Both the position numbers and the translations under genes were made by a program. This document shows positions 34,795-46,590 of a stretch of 64,000 nucleotides of DNA, one piece after another (the first letter of the stretch is position 1; each line of letters opens with the position of its first letter). This DNA is from Amphiscolops sp. MND2022 (taxonomy: Eukaryota). The notes under the pieces are model-generated. The model was not told where the DNA came from. It was given only the letters and a program-made list of their open reading frames with translations, and did not search any database. Location of the stretch: NCBI GenBank assembly GCA_964187785.1, contig OZ076414.1, positions 11,346,001 to 11,410,000 of the forward strand, written 5' to 3'.

Positions 34795-37700
34795 TGTTGT
34801 AGAGATTGATTGTAAATATGTATCGAAACAATGACAACATTGATTAAATATCTGGCTAAAGATCTCAGCAGAAAAGACAGTTCAAAAAAGACTTGAACAA
34901 ACTCTATAACATACGTACTGGATAATTCAATTCTCAACCTTCATAGTTTTCTACTGAGAAGTATCAGTTACCCTATAACATGGCGCTGCGAGCGCAAAAT
35001 GAACTTTCGTCTTCGACAATCCAATCATCTTCGTTTCCCCATCTCGTGGGACTTCTTGTCTTCTGGTATGATTCCAGCTCCAACCCAACGATGGAATGGG
35101 ACAAGTGGGTGGATTTGTTCCAAGTCGCAGAAATGGCGAAGTATTCGATCTCCCTCACGGAGTTGACAAGCGACGCATCCCAGCCGAATCCGAGTGTTCG
35201 CGCACTTATGGGGGATTTGGAGGAAGAGCCTGCTAACAAAAAGGTGGTAAGTGTGTTTTACCTATCACTTGCTGAGGCCGCCAGGATGCAGTTTAGAGAC
35301 AAATTTCCCCACGTCACGCTGTGGTCGTTGAAAGTGAGCAAGCTGACTAAATTGTGTACCGAGTGTTTTTGGAAGAAAAGAAACCGAACCCTCGACAGGC
35401 ACAAATTCTTTTCCAGAATGCAACAAACAGGAGAAACCTTTTCCCACTTTTGACATGCGTTGAACGGGCTGGCAGCCCCATGCGATTTCGGCGAGGTTAC
35501 TACAACGCTGGTTTTGGATATGTTTATATTACACATGACGAACAAAAAGGTTCAAGAGAAATTATGTACTGAACCAAAAGAACCAGAGCAAGCGCTGGAA
35601 TTTGCGATCGCCTTCGAGGAAGGGATAAAAAGGCAGAAAAGCTACGGAACACAGCTGAAGATGCTGGGGTATCAATTTGTTCGGTTAGATTTTGCGGGGG
35701 TGACCGTTTCAAAATCAAGAGTGCTTGTAGCCCCGAATTCTGGCAATTTTATAGTTGGACGCGATTGGCTGATTGCTCTTCGTTACCAAATCAAACAGCC
35801 AATAGAATGTGGTGAGTGCGAACGAACTACTCAGGTGGTAAATAGTGATCAAATCCAAATAACATAAAGTGCGTGCGAATCACTCAAGCGGAAAATTGTA
35901 ATAGAATTGTAAATAGTTCAAATCCCGAAGAAAAGATAAGTCCCGAGGTTCAGCAACTTATTGGAGAATTTCCAAAATTGTTCAAAAAAAGAGGCCGTGT
36001 AAAAAATTACCAAATTAGAAATAACATGAAAAATAATGCGAAACTTTCACAACAAAAAGTTCGAAGAGTACCGATCCAACTTTAAGAACAAGTAGATAAA
36101 GAAATCGAAAAACTCTTGACGGAAGGCTATATTGAACGCGTAGAGAAAATTCAAGACATTTTATTTTTTCAACCAACGGTTATTACTGTAAAAAAAGTCA
36201 TTTAAAATTGCATTAGACGCACGCGCGCTAAACGAGACAATAGCTAAAGACAAGTACCAAATGCCAAACTTTGAAAACTTGATAGACATGATAGCCGAAA
36301 AATTAGATAAAGAAAAAGGAGAAGTGTGGTACTCGTCAGTTGATATGACATACTCGCATGGAAAAGTACCTTTACATGAGATAACAAAGAAGCAATGTAA
36401 CTTTCAAATTGTTGGGGGAAAGTCAACAGGGACGTATCGTTTCATAACGGGATATTACGGACTAACTGTAATGCCGACCGAATTCAAAAAATTGATGGAC
36501 CTCACTCTTGTAATTATAAATAGTGTATTTGTGGACATAGACGACATTTTAATTGTAACAAAAAGAACCAAGACTGAACATCTGAATAAAGTGAGAGAAG
36601 TCATAAAAGCTTTGGATGAGGCTAACCTACAATTGAAAGCAGAAAAATGCGTATTAGCTCAAGATAGTATAGAAAGGCTAGGTTACAAATTAACCAAAAC
36701 GGGCATTCCCCAATAAATGCAAAATCGCAGGGAATAACCGAAAGATTGAGGCCAACAAATTTAAAGCAACTACGTTCATTCTTAGGTGCCGTCAATCAAT
36801 TCAATAAGTTTATTCCAAACTTAGCAACCATTAGCTTTCCGTTTAGGAAGATTTTTAAAAAAGATGCGGATTGGATATGGGAAGATGAACAGGAGAAAGC
36901 GTTCAATGAAATTAAAAATGAGGTTAAAAGATTGTTGAATTATCGCATTTTAAAAGAAACAACGAAACTAGAATAATTTGTGACGCCAGCAAACAAGGCC
37001 TAGGGGCGGTTTTACAGCAAAAACAACAAGATGGCGATTGGAGACCCACATGCTTTGCATCACGATTTCTAACAGAATTCGAAGGGAAGTAGTGAATGAA
37101 TTAGAACTTTTAGCCATTGTTTGCCCAAAAGAACATTTTAAAAATTATGTATATGGTGTACAGTTCAAAGTAGTGTCCGACCACAAAGCACTAATGTCAG
37201 TACTTAAACCCAACAGAGGAAATAAAACATTTTCTAGTAGATTGACGAGATGGGTAGATAGACTGCTGCCATGTGATTTCGAAGTAGTTCATGTTGATGA
37301 AGAACACTAGGCATGGCAGACTATTTATCAAGGCACCCAAGTAACTTGGAGGGAGCGAGCATAAAATCAGAAGTGCTATGGTATAAAAGGTTTACTGTGA
37401 ATAGTGTAAATAGCTTAACTGATGTTTTAGATAGCAGCGTGAGCGGAAGAAGCAAAGCGGCAGAAATGAATGATGAGAAAACTAGCATCAACTACGTTGT
37501 TGAAGCGAAAACGAAGCGCCCGATCAAATTGCAGGAGCAGCGCAATCCGCGGAAACAAGTAATATTAGTCGTAGCGTTACCAAATTAAAAACAAGAACGA
37601 GCCAAATTCCGTCAATTTGCGCGCTTGATGAAAAGTTTTTGCCTGCCAATAACGCAGCGGACAAAACAATTCAAAAGATAAATTCACTAGTAAAAAACTA

Positions 37701-39003
37701 CAATAGAACAGCAGTAAGCCGACTCCCCTCTCCTTGGAGAGAAAAGTTCCAATCGTTTTCCCTAGACGAAAGAGAGTTTTTATATATGGATAATCGCCTG
37801 GTTATTCCACAAGCAATGCGAGCAATGATTATGTGCTCTTTACAATATGGGCAACCAGGACGCGATGACATGCTAGGCATGGTGCCAGCGAAATGGTGGC
37901 CTAAGATTCACCGGGAGGTGATAGATCAGGCCAGATTATGTGAGCAGTGCCTACAAGCAGGTAAGAACTTGAAGTGTATCTTGAAACAAAAACAGGTAGG
38001 GAAATTGCCAGAAGTAAAGGAAAGGATTGAAGAAATAGCACTGGATTTTGCTGGCCCATTTCAAAACGCAAAGCAAGGAAAAAATATCTCCTAGTATCGA
38101 TAGATCATTTTTCGGGGTGGCCGGATGCGAAACTTTTACATAGCCCAACAACGAAGAAAGTGCTAGAATTTTTAAAATGTTACATCTCACGATACGGGGT
38201 TCCAGAAACAATCAAAAATGACCCAGGGACGGTAATTGTGAGTGACGGATTCGCGAAATTTTGCGAACAGTTCGGAATTAAGCATATAACATGCCCGGTC
38301 CGAGACCATAGGGTCAACGGAAAAATAAAAAGGCTAATCCGTACGATAAACGAACGACTGCGCGCAAATAAGCAAACAGTGATAACGAAAGATAACTCGG
38401 GGTTGTCCGAAATTCTATAGGCGCTAAGAATAAGCAAGAAAAAGGATGGGAAATCGCCGTTCGAGAAACAGCTGGGGAGAAAACCAAACACCGTAAAGTC
38501 AAATGTAATCGAAAAATTCATGGGTGTTTCAGAAAGAGATCCAAACCTGAAATTCGAGCAATTGGATTTTCAGGAAGATTTGGACTCAACCGTGCTAGTC
38601 CGTGAACGTGCGAGAGGATCCAAGCTAGAGAGCTTTTTTGATCCTAAAAACTTCACAGCCGTAGTAAGCTGAAAACATTTAAATTTGTTACATTTATACT
38701 TACATTGATTAACATTTGAGTTAACCGTTACATTTACTTGATTACATCCATACATTGGATAATGAGGTTAAATTGATGATTGTACCGAGTTAATTATTAA
38801 CCCTTTCCATTAAAAGGGGGGATGTTGTAGAGATTGTTTTTAAATATGTATCGAAACAATGACAACATTGATTAAATACCTGCCTAAAGATCTCAGCAAG
38901 AGACAGTTCCAAAAAGACTTGAATAATCTCCATAACATACCTACTGCATAATTCAATTCTCAACCTTTGTTTTCTACTGAGAAGTATCAGTTACCCTATA
39001 ACA
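34795..39003 (+). mobile_element. Decayed, internally deleted Ty3/Gypsy retrotransposon with both LTRs and TSD GTTTC
   Basis: 5' LTR 34795-34980 and 3' LTR 38823-39003 (TG...CA); TSD gtttc at 34790-34794 and 39004-39008; PBS tggcgctgcgagc; PPT aaaagggggga. Fragments of gag, PR C-terminus (IVGRDWL), RT (DIDD), RH (ELELLA, DHKAL, ADYLSR) and IN (DFAGP). Confidence 0.93.
34981..34993 (+). promoter_or_regulatory. Primer binding site, tRNA-Ser-like
   Basis: TGGCGCTGCGAGC directly after the LTR's terminal CA. The tRNA identity is inferred from known metazoan tRNA-Ser 3' ends. Confidence 0.7.
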
Positions 39004-39089
39004 GTTTCCCTGAAAAAAGGCAGTGTAATTAATAAACAAATTCATGCATCAATTAAAGTCGATTATAAACTTAAATACAGATATAAATT

Positions 39090-39400
39090 TATTCATGCAG
39101 TTACCTCTCCCTTAATGTTCCAATTGTTCTATTGTTTTTGGTATTCAATGAAATTTTATATTCGCTTTCCAAAGTTTATCAGGAAAACTTTTGACATGAC
39201 GGTAGGGGTTAAAATCAGGGTTCCACGGGGGTAAAGTCCCAAGAAACTTTTTTCTCATTAAATCGGTCGAGATTTTTTGTAATGCATACAAGTTTCTTGG
39301 TTCGAGTGTGATCTTTCATCCTCGGTTTTACGAAAGGCCTGGAAGTTTTATAGCCTGATAATGAAGCTGACCAAGAACTAGAGCATTAAGTTTTTCCGGC
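39090..39400 (-). mobile_element. Decayed Tc1/mariner transposase C-terminal fragment
   Basis: Minus strand reads PPWNPDFNPYRHV...IPKTIEQL, matching the Tc1 motif PPxSPDLNPIE. Confidence 0.5.
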
Positions 39401-40045
39401 AGGAATTGTTTCTTTGCGGAGATGTTTCAATACCACAGGCCAATTTCTTCAAAACATGTTTTACATCCTCTTCGGATACTAGATTTTGGTCTAAGTAAAC
39501 TCTGTAAATAAGCCTGCTTGTCATGGTTGATTAGTTGGGGGTCAACCAAAAAGTTGAACAAAGAAATATCACACGAAACGTCAGTTTAATTCAATAATGA
39601 ACCCCTATATTTGGGTATAAATTTGGAACATGGCAATTTGGAACACGCCGCTCAGTCAATTTCTCATTCAATATGGGTCGTTCACTTTAAAATGCAAGCT
39701 TCAAATGACTTTTATAGCCGGCCAAATTTGAAAGTGAAAATACAAAGAATTTAGCCCAACTTCAAATAGTTTGGAAACTTTTCGTGAAAAACAAAAAACC
39801 TGCAATAGCTGCTGTTAAGAGCACATGTGATCACTGTGGTTGAACTTCTTTTTGAAGTTCTGTTTAGCAATGTGAAATTATAGTTAGATTATAGAAACTT
39901 GTGGAATATAGTTTTCATCAAATCCTTCACAAAATGAACGTCGCGTTATTTCACCGACACCGATGTGGACGTTTCAGATTTGAAAGTTTGAAAGTTTGAA
40001 AGTTTAATTTCATTGGATATTAAAAGCAAAACATATCAAATAATG

Positions 40046-40245
40046 NNNNNNNNNNNNNNNNNNNNNNNNNNNNNNNNNNNNNNNNNNNNNNNNNNNNNNN
40101 NNNNNNNNNNNNNNNNNNNNNNNNNNNNNNNNNNNNNNNNNNNNNNNNNNNNNNNNNNNNNNNNNNNNNNNNNNNNNNNNNNNNNNNNNNNNNNNNNNNN
40201 NNNNNNNNNNNNNNNNNNNNNNNNNNNNNNNNNNNNNNNNNNNNN
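40046..40245. other. Assembly gap, 200 N
   Basis: Counted directly; a round length typical of a scaffolding join. Confidence 0.98.
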
Positions 40246-40322
40246 TCTTCGATTTCTCACCCCGGAGAATCAACTAAAAGGCATACTTTTACCAGACATC
40301 GATGCGTCGAACACGGAGATAA

Positions 40323-42815
40323 TTAGAAAAAAAGTTTTAAAAGTTGATAATTGTCAACGATGTAGAGTCTTTCTATTTTTTTCATATACGTATGTATTTG
40401 TGATTTGGTCATCAAATGCATGTCACAAGGTGAAAGATTGAATTGACTTAACCAATTGTAACTTTTGCAATGTGCATTTTGAAGGCATTTTCTTTTAATT
40501 ACCGTACGTCCTCTAGCCAGTGGTAAGGAATGATTCCTCTGATACCTTGTGGTTATGCTTCTACTAACATTAGTTTCAAGTTGGGGCAGAAAATTTGTTG
40601 GGGATTTTTTTTGAAACTGTCTGAACAATTCGTTGATTAGTTCAACTAAATAGAGTTCAAAAACAGAAAGAATTTTATTTTGCTGCAGAACATTCACTAA
40701 AGAATCATACTTTCGTTTAAAAAAAATAGCTCTAAGTATACGTCGCTGAGCCATTTCTATTTTTCTCAAATTGCTTTTAGCAGCTGTACCGTAAATCAAT
40801 AGACCATAACAGATAACAGTTTTTGCAAACGAGTTGTAGAACATTAAAAGGCATTTTATGTCGTGAAAATGTCGAATTCTATAGATCAGACCACAAAACT
40901 TGTTTAACTTCTTCACTACATAATCAATATGATGATTAAATCTTAACGAACTGTCTAAATGAATGCCTAAATATTTGCACGACTTTTTGTACGGTATGGT
41001 ATTATTCATCATTTTGATCTCCACTGGTTGTCCTGAACCGAAAGGCAAGATTTCACATTTATCTAGATTGACAGAGAGCTTATTCGCTGTGTACCAATTG
41101 ATTAACTCGTTTACATCTTGTTGAATACCCGTATCGTTTTTCCGATTTGTTTTCAAAACACTGGTGTCGTCTGCAAAAAGTGCTATCTTGCAGTTGATAT
41201 CGCATTTCGCTATATCGTTTATGTAAAGTAGAAACAATAATGACCCTGGGATTGACCCTTGAGGTACGCCAGTTTCAATTTCTTGACAGCTGGTAGTTTC
41301 ACCTGATACACTAATGTACTGAACCCGGTCACTTAAATAGCTTCTCAAAAGAATATTTACTTCACCTCTAAAACCATATTCATACAATTTCGTCAGTAAG
41401 ATATCATGATCAAGTGTATCAAACGCTTTCTGTAGATCTATAAAACAAGCCTGTCCGCTAGATTTTTTATCAATCTCATCCCTCATGTACTCGGTGACTA
41501 ACATTATTGCGTCAGCACATGATTTTTTCGATCGAAAACCAAACTGTGCAGATGTAAACAATTGATTTCTTTCGCAGAACTTAATCATTCGTTGATACAG
41601 AAGTTTTTCAAAAACTTTGCTAAGGGAACATAATAAACTAATCGGGCGGTAATTTTCCAATTTAGCCCTATCACCTTTTTTGAATAGCGGAATAATTTTT
41701 GCAATTTTAAACTCACTTGGAAATTTAGACTCCTCTATGGCTCTGTTAAAAGCAACCGCTAAATATGGTTCAACTATTGGCGAACAGCATTTTAGGATTT
41801 CGTTACTAATACCGTCATGTCCGTGACTTTTCTTGTTTTTTGAATTTGAGATAGTTTTCCCGATTTCTAGTTCGACCGTGGGAAAAATGACCATAGAGTT
41901 TTCGTTAGAAGGCATGTTCAATGTCAAGTTTTTCATAGGTAACTTGGATAACAGACGCGATCCTATAGTAGCGAAATGTTTATTCAAGCTATTTAGTTCT
42001 GGGTAATCCTGGAACCCGACGACTTCATTTTTGTGTGTTTTCAATGTTCTGTATATTGTTTTAGCAGTTGGATTGCTGCCAAGTTTTTTAAAATTGTCAT
42101 CTCTTTTTGCCTTACGAATAATCGCTGTAACATTATTGCGTTGCTTTTTGTATAAATGATGGTTTTCATCGGTTGGATTGGACACCCATTTTTGGAACAA
42201 TTTGTTGCGCTTATTGATTGCATTTTTTACGCTATTTGTAATCCAACTATCAGAATTATTGATTGGATGATGACATTGCTCGGGGGCAAATTTGTTCACA
42301 CTTTCGATAATACTATCAGCAATAGAAGTACTCAGGTCTTCAATATCCAAATTCAGCGGAATTTTTTTCAAATTTTGATCCAGCACGAACAGAAAATTTA
42401 ATCTGCTTTCACCCTTCAGTTTCTTCAAATTCCGACTCCTAAATGTATCATCATGCATTTCTTTTTTTGCATCTGGAATTTCTAATAAAACAGAATAATG
42501 GTCGCTGATCGTTGTTTTTAATGTTTTAGTTGAAAAATAATTACTCGATATGAAATGGTCTAGGCATGTTTTAGTTTTGGGAGTTACTCGTGTGGGCTCA
42601 AAATTACGAATCTGGAAATTATATGCAGTAAGCATTGACTCATAATTCTTTTTATCTGTACTATCTTTTAAAGTATCTATATTGAAGTCGCCAAATAAAA
42701 TAGTCTCCTTTCTGAATGCCTTCAGGTTGTGAAGCAATTCCTCGAATTCAGGGAAAAATTGCGGCAGACGAAATTTTTCATTCCGGTACACGATGCAGAT
42801 AACAATCGTTTTCAC
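40323..42815 (-). CDS. LINE ORF2: APE endonuclease (C-terminal part) and reverse transcriptase
   Basis: 830-aa open frame: GDFNID, TCLDHF, SDHYSV; NYRPISLL, QFGFR, FIDLQKAFD, GVPQGS, LFADD, KYLGI. Upstream EN motif GVALYVK is in frame; the region further 5' is frameshifted. Confidence 0.95.
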   Translation of the reverse strand: MKTIVICIVYRNEKFRLPQFFPEFEELLHNLKAFRKETILFGDFNIDTLKDSTDKKNYESMLTAYNFQIRNFEPTRVTPKTKTCLDHFISSNYFSTKTLKTTISDHYSVLLEIPDAKKEMHDDTFRSRNLKKLKGESRLNFLFVLDQNLKKIPLNLDIEDLSTSIADSIIESVNKFAPEQCHHPINNSDSWITNSVKNAINKRNKLFQKWVSNPTDENHHLYKKQRNNVTAIIRKAKRDDNFKKLGSNPTAKTIYRTLKTHKNEVVGFQDYPELNSLNKHFATIGSRLLSKLPMKNLTLNMPSNENSMVIFPTVELEIGKTISNSKNKKSHGHDGISNEILKCCSPIVEPYLAVAFNRAIEESKFPSEFKIAKIIPLFKKGDRAKLENYRPISLLCSLSKVFEKLLYQRMIKFCERNQLFTSAQFGFRSKKSCADAIMLVTEYMRDEIDKKSSGQACFIDLQKAFDTLDHDILLTKLYEYGFRGEVNILLRSYLSDRVQYISVSGETTSCQEIETGVPQGSIPGSLLFLLYINDIAKCDINCKIALFADDTSVLKTNRKNDTGIQQDVNELINWYTANKLSVNLDKCEILPFGSGQPVEIKMMNNTIPYKKSCKYLGIHLDSSLRFNHHIDYVVKKLNKFCGLIYRIRHFHDIKCLLMFYNSFAKTVICYGLLIYGTAAKSNLRKIEMAQRRILRAIFFKRKYDSLVNVLQQNKILSVFELYLVELINELFRQFQKKSPTNFLPQLETNVSRSITTRYQRNHSLPLARGRTVIKRKCLQNAHCKSYNWLSQFNLSPCDMHLMTKSQIHTYMKKIERLYIVDNYQLLKLFF

Positions 42816-43794
42816 AGAAAATTCAACTTCAAAAACACAACATTCAATTTCAGTTTCGATTGAAATGTTTTTGCAACGTATTCCTGTCTTAACATATAAC
42901 GCTACCCCCCTGAGCGGCGTTTTTGATCCAAGACCATTTGATCCAAGTGGAGACTGGTTGCTACATATATTCAGAGATTCCCAAAATTTTCTACACTACT
43001 CTTGTTGCTCAATTAAAACCAAGGTTGCTTCACTTTCAATTCATTTCTCCACGGAATATCATTTTGTATTGAATAAATAAGTGATACAAAACCATCTAAG
43101 AATACATTCAAACTTCATCTAAAACTGTATAAAAAGCAAACACGTTGTCTTGAAGACATGAAACAAGGAATAAAAATTCCTGAGAAACTAGGATTGCGAA
43201 AATCAAAACAACTCACAAGATCTGACCCGTTTTAAGAAGCCATTTCGTGATCATTTCTAGTTACGACTGGCATGAAGGATACCCAATTTCACACAGAGTT
43301 TAGACATTCAAGTGTCTTTCGCAACCATTTGATCTGTCTTGATTCACTCGAAAGGACTACAAAATGGGTCAGATCAAACAAGGAACGTCAAAAAGCAGGG
43401 TTGGCAAAAAACGTTTCGAGCACTGACTAAAAAATCTATTTAAAACACATGAAATAGCATTTCCAGTGTTTTCATTAACCTCTTGATTTTCAGATGCTTC
43501 AAGAAAAATCTTTCAGATAATTTATATATGCTGTGACAATAAGTTTGGCATTACTTCAATGAAACTGATATCATTGAGAATCGAAATCATTTTTATATTG
43601 TCTACTGAAAAAGGAACAATTTTGAGCGATAAAAAGACCAAGAAAACAACGGAAAAACGTTTTTGTTTCAACCCCTGCACTTCAAAGTGGTTAGGTTTCA
43701 ACAAAACTGAAACTGCATCGAGAACCAAACAAATATGGCGGAGGCCTTGAGTTTGCATACTCTGGATGGAGGTCAAAAAACGGAGCCGGGGTCA

Positions 43795-44166
43795 TCAAAC
43801 GTTGGTTTCTCTAATTTCCGGCGCTCCCAACGAAGGTTCCCTGGGTCGAGCTCGGGGTCGACACCTCCGTGACCCGGGGTCAACACTCTGGACCCTTTGT
43901 CTGGCAATGGCTGCTTGTCTGGTTTCTTCTTGTCGCTCAGCCTCCTCTCGCTCCCGTTTCTCCTGCCACTGTGTGAACAAGTTGAAAAATGGGTTTATCA
44001 GGAAACGGGTGTCTACGCAAAACAGGGTGACCAAAAATGCCCATTTCCAAGCGCTCCAACTTTCTCTGTCAACCAACAGGTGCGCTAGAACTTGGACCAG
44101 GTAGTGGGGCAAGACCAGAATCGTGTAGCCAAGTCCCGTCCTTCGGAGCAAACTCTTGAACTTTGT
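43795..44166 (-). CDS. Class A (rhodopsin-like) GPCR, last exon (TM6-TM7 and C-tail)
   Basis: Acceptor ccaatttcag, phase 0, TKFKSLLRRTGLGYTILVLPHYLVQVL...WAFLVTLFCVDTRFLINPFF (NPxxY-like) to the stop; 124 codons. Confidence 0.7.
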   Translation of the reverse strand, partial: TKFKSLLRRTGLGYTILVLPHYLVQVLAHLLVDRESWSAWKWAFLVTLFCVDTRFLINPFFNLFTQWQEKREREEAERQEETRQAAIARQRVQSVDPGSRRCRPRARPREPSLGAPEIRETNV

Positions 44167-44690
44167 CTGAAATTGGAAGCAACATGGAAATGAAGGAAAA
44201 ACTTGAACGTCATGTGTGAATTAAAAATCTTTGACTGTGTCAAAGAAATCAAAGCGAAATAAACAAATCTAGGACTTTGAAAAATTTTCAAATTTTTAGG
44301 GTTCCAGAAACTGGGGTTTTGGTTTAGATTTTCCTAATTTCAGGCACTCAGGAATTGAAGAGCAGCAGCAATTATAATCAAAACTGTTGATAAATAAGGA
44401 AACCTTTGCTATTTTTAGTTTGTATGCCAACATCATTGAGTTACATGTATGAGAATACCGTCAGTAAGTAAAGTTTAACGCTTCTGTATCATTGATCTTT
44501 AATCTTTTCCATTGATTATCTCCCTTTAGAAATACTTCTGGAATGAAGATACCAGCGAACATTGAATAAAATAAGTTTAGTTTTTCGTGATCGCAAGACA
44601 CAAGATGCTCCCCTTTTTGGGACACAGTTTTCATGAGCTTTAAAAAATTGATTAGTTCTACCAACGCCAAAAGTTTCAAAACTTGGATAC

Positions 44691-44833
44691 CTTATCAGCA
44701 TGTTCTTTGAACACCGTGTCCATCATCAGTTGTCTGTGGTCACAAGTCAGCATGTCAAAAATGAGGTCGTTCGAAACTTGGACTCCTGCTGTGCTGAACA
44801 TTAGCAAGCCTGGCAGGCAAGAGACCAGACACG
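44691..44833 (-). CDS. Class A GPCR, internal exon between TM5 and TM6
   Basis: Acceptor ggcag, phase 1, ACLVSCLPGLLMF...KEHADK|gtatcc; this exon restores the frame between the flanking exons. Confidence 0.55.
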
Positions 44834-45463
44834 CTGCCATAATTGAAGTTCAGAAACCTAGTTTAGCCACGGATAAAAACACGATTCAGATTGGCCTTTT
44901 TGTTTATAATTCTTTGGTATACAATCTTTTTGATGTCTTTGAGAATTGAAAGTCGACTGAAAATTAGTTGGAAGAGAATATTTTAAAGAGTTTGAAAAAT
45001 ATTGAACACACTTGAATTAAATTTTGTCAAGATCTGGGGTCAGTCGCCAAGATCTTGAAAGACCATGTCAACGCCAACATGGTTTGTTAAAAAAAATAGC
45101 TTTGAAGTGAACAATTTTATTCAACTTATGCCCTTTAACTATTCACATTCTAAGTGGCCACCATGTGAATAAAGCATGCGTTTTATATTTTTCTTTTCGG
45201 GTTTCTGTTAAATGTTCCAGGGTTCCGGACTGTGTAAAAAAATCAAAAAAACTGACAAAGATTGATCTTCAAAAAATAATTTGAAAGCTTACGGGGACAG
45301 GTCTTTTACACGTATTACATTTCAACATCTTGATGAGTGGCATAGGTTTCAAATGTCATTCATACATCATTAGGTTAATGTCGTAAGATCTCTGCTTCAT
45401 ATTCAACGCATAACTTCAAAATATCAAAAATACTGAATGCAGGCAGGATTGCGGTCCCTTTAC

Positions 45464-45674
45464 CCATTCTAGAAACAACTCGGTTGGTCCTCGACAGCTT
45501 TCTGAAGAGCGCCATAGTCCCGTTCTTCTCGTACAGCTTCTCGCGCTGGATGATGAACAGTTTGTAGGAGAACCAGAGCAGCCCGAAGTTGCACAGGATG
45601 ATCATGAGCACACAGATCAGGGTGGTGATGCCCCAGTAGATGTGGGTCAGCATGGCCAACGAGTCCAGAAGACA
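45464..45674 (-). CDS. Class A GPCR, TM5 exon
   Basis: Branch point and acceptor ctaattactatacag; GC3-rich codons, CLLDSLAMLTHIYWGITTLICVLMIILCNFGLLWFSYKLF...; donor atgg|gtaaag. Confidence 0.72.
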
Positions 45675-45834
45675 CTGTATAGTAATTAGATAAGGGATGA
45701 CCCCAAAACCTAAATTGCATGTTTCTATTTTATTAACTAGCAAACCCCTATGTCCGAAGGACAGCAAAATTGCTCTTTTGAAGTAACATCTTGTGTTTTG
45801 CGGTAAACTGTTACAAAAAGATGATATTTGATAT

Positions 45835-46590
45835 CTAAGATATTCCGAAGGTCCTTGAATGATCTTTGATCTTAAAGATCTTCCGAAGATCCTTGAATGC
45901 CCTTCGATATCGAAGAACTTCCGAATACCCTTGAATAATCTTTGATCTCGACGATCTTGCAAAGATCCTTGAACGGGCTTTCATCTCGAAGATCTTCCGA
46001 AGGTCCTTGGACGACCATTGAACTCGAAGCTCTTCCGAAGATCCTCGAATGATCTTTGTTGGCAAAGATCTTTCGAGGATCCCTGAAAGACCTTTGATCT
46101 CGAAGAACTTCCGAACATCCTCGAGTGACGTTTGATCTCAAAGATGTTCCGAAGACCATAGGAGGATCATCCATCTCGAAGATATTACGAAGATCCTTGA
46201 TTGATCTTTTGTCTCGAAGATCCTTGAATAATATTTGATCTCGAAGATCTTCCGAAAATCTTTTAAAGATCTTTGACTTCAAAAATCTTCCGAATATCTT
46301 TGTCCTTGAAAGACCTTTGATATCGGAGATCTTCCGCAGATCCGTGACTGATCTGTGATATGGAAGATCTTGCAAAGATTCTTGAATGATCTCTGATCTC
46401 GAAGATCTTCCGAAGGTTCTTGATTGATATTTGATCAAGATCTTCCGAAGATCCTTGAAAGATCTAAGACACGGAAGAACTTCCGATGGTCCTTGATTGA
46501 TCTTTAAATCCTTGAAAAATATTTGATCTCGAACATCTTGTGAAGGTCCTTGAATGATCTTTGATCTCGAAGATCTTCCGAAGGTCCTTT
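45835..46590. repeat. Degenerate tandem array of a ~38-bp unit (gatctttgatctcgaagatcttccgaaggtccttgaat)
   Basis: About 20 diverged units in a GPCR intron, rich in the palindrome gaagatcttc. Confidence 0.88.

Larger units (their letters stand above)
39979..43080 (-). mobile_element. CR1/L2-type LINE (5'-degraded), with an 8-nt tandem tail across the gap
   Basis: APE endonuclease + RT ORF2; a 3' UTR runs into the gap, and (TTTGAAAG)3 at 39979-40005 looks like the tail. That the tail belongs to this copy is inference. Confidence 0.8.

Noticed and set aside
40010-40441. ORFs spanning the N run
   Set aside because: Artefacts of translating Ns.
44850-44862. Selenocysteine or stop-codon readthrough at the TGA in the GPCR internal exon
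   Set aside because: A downstream AG acceptor in the right phase bypasses the stop, and no SECIS-like structure was identified.
45835-46590. CRISPR-like array or protein-coding repeat gene (ORFs 45872-46438 and the 5' part of 45375-45962)
   Set aside because: Degenerate tandem units without spacers; the ORFs follow from repeat composition and only the GC3-rich part at 45464-45674 looks like a real exon.
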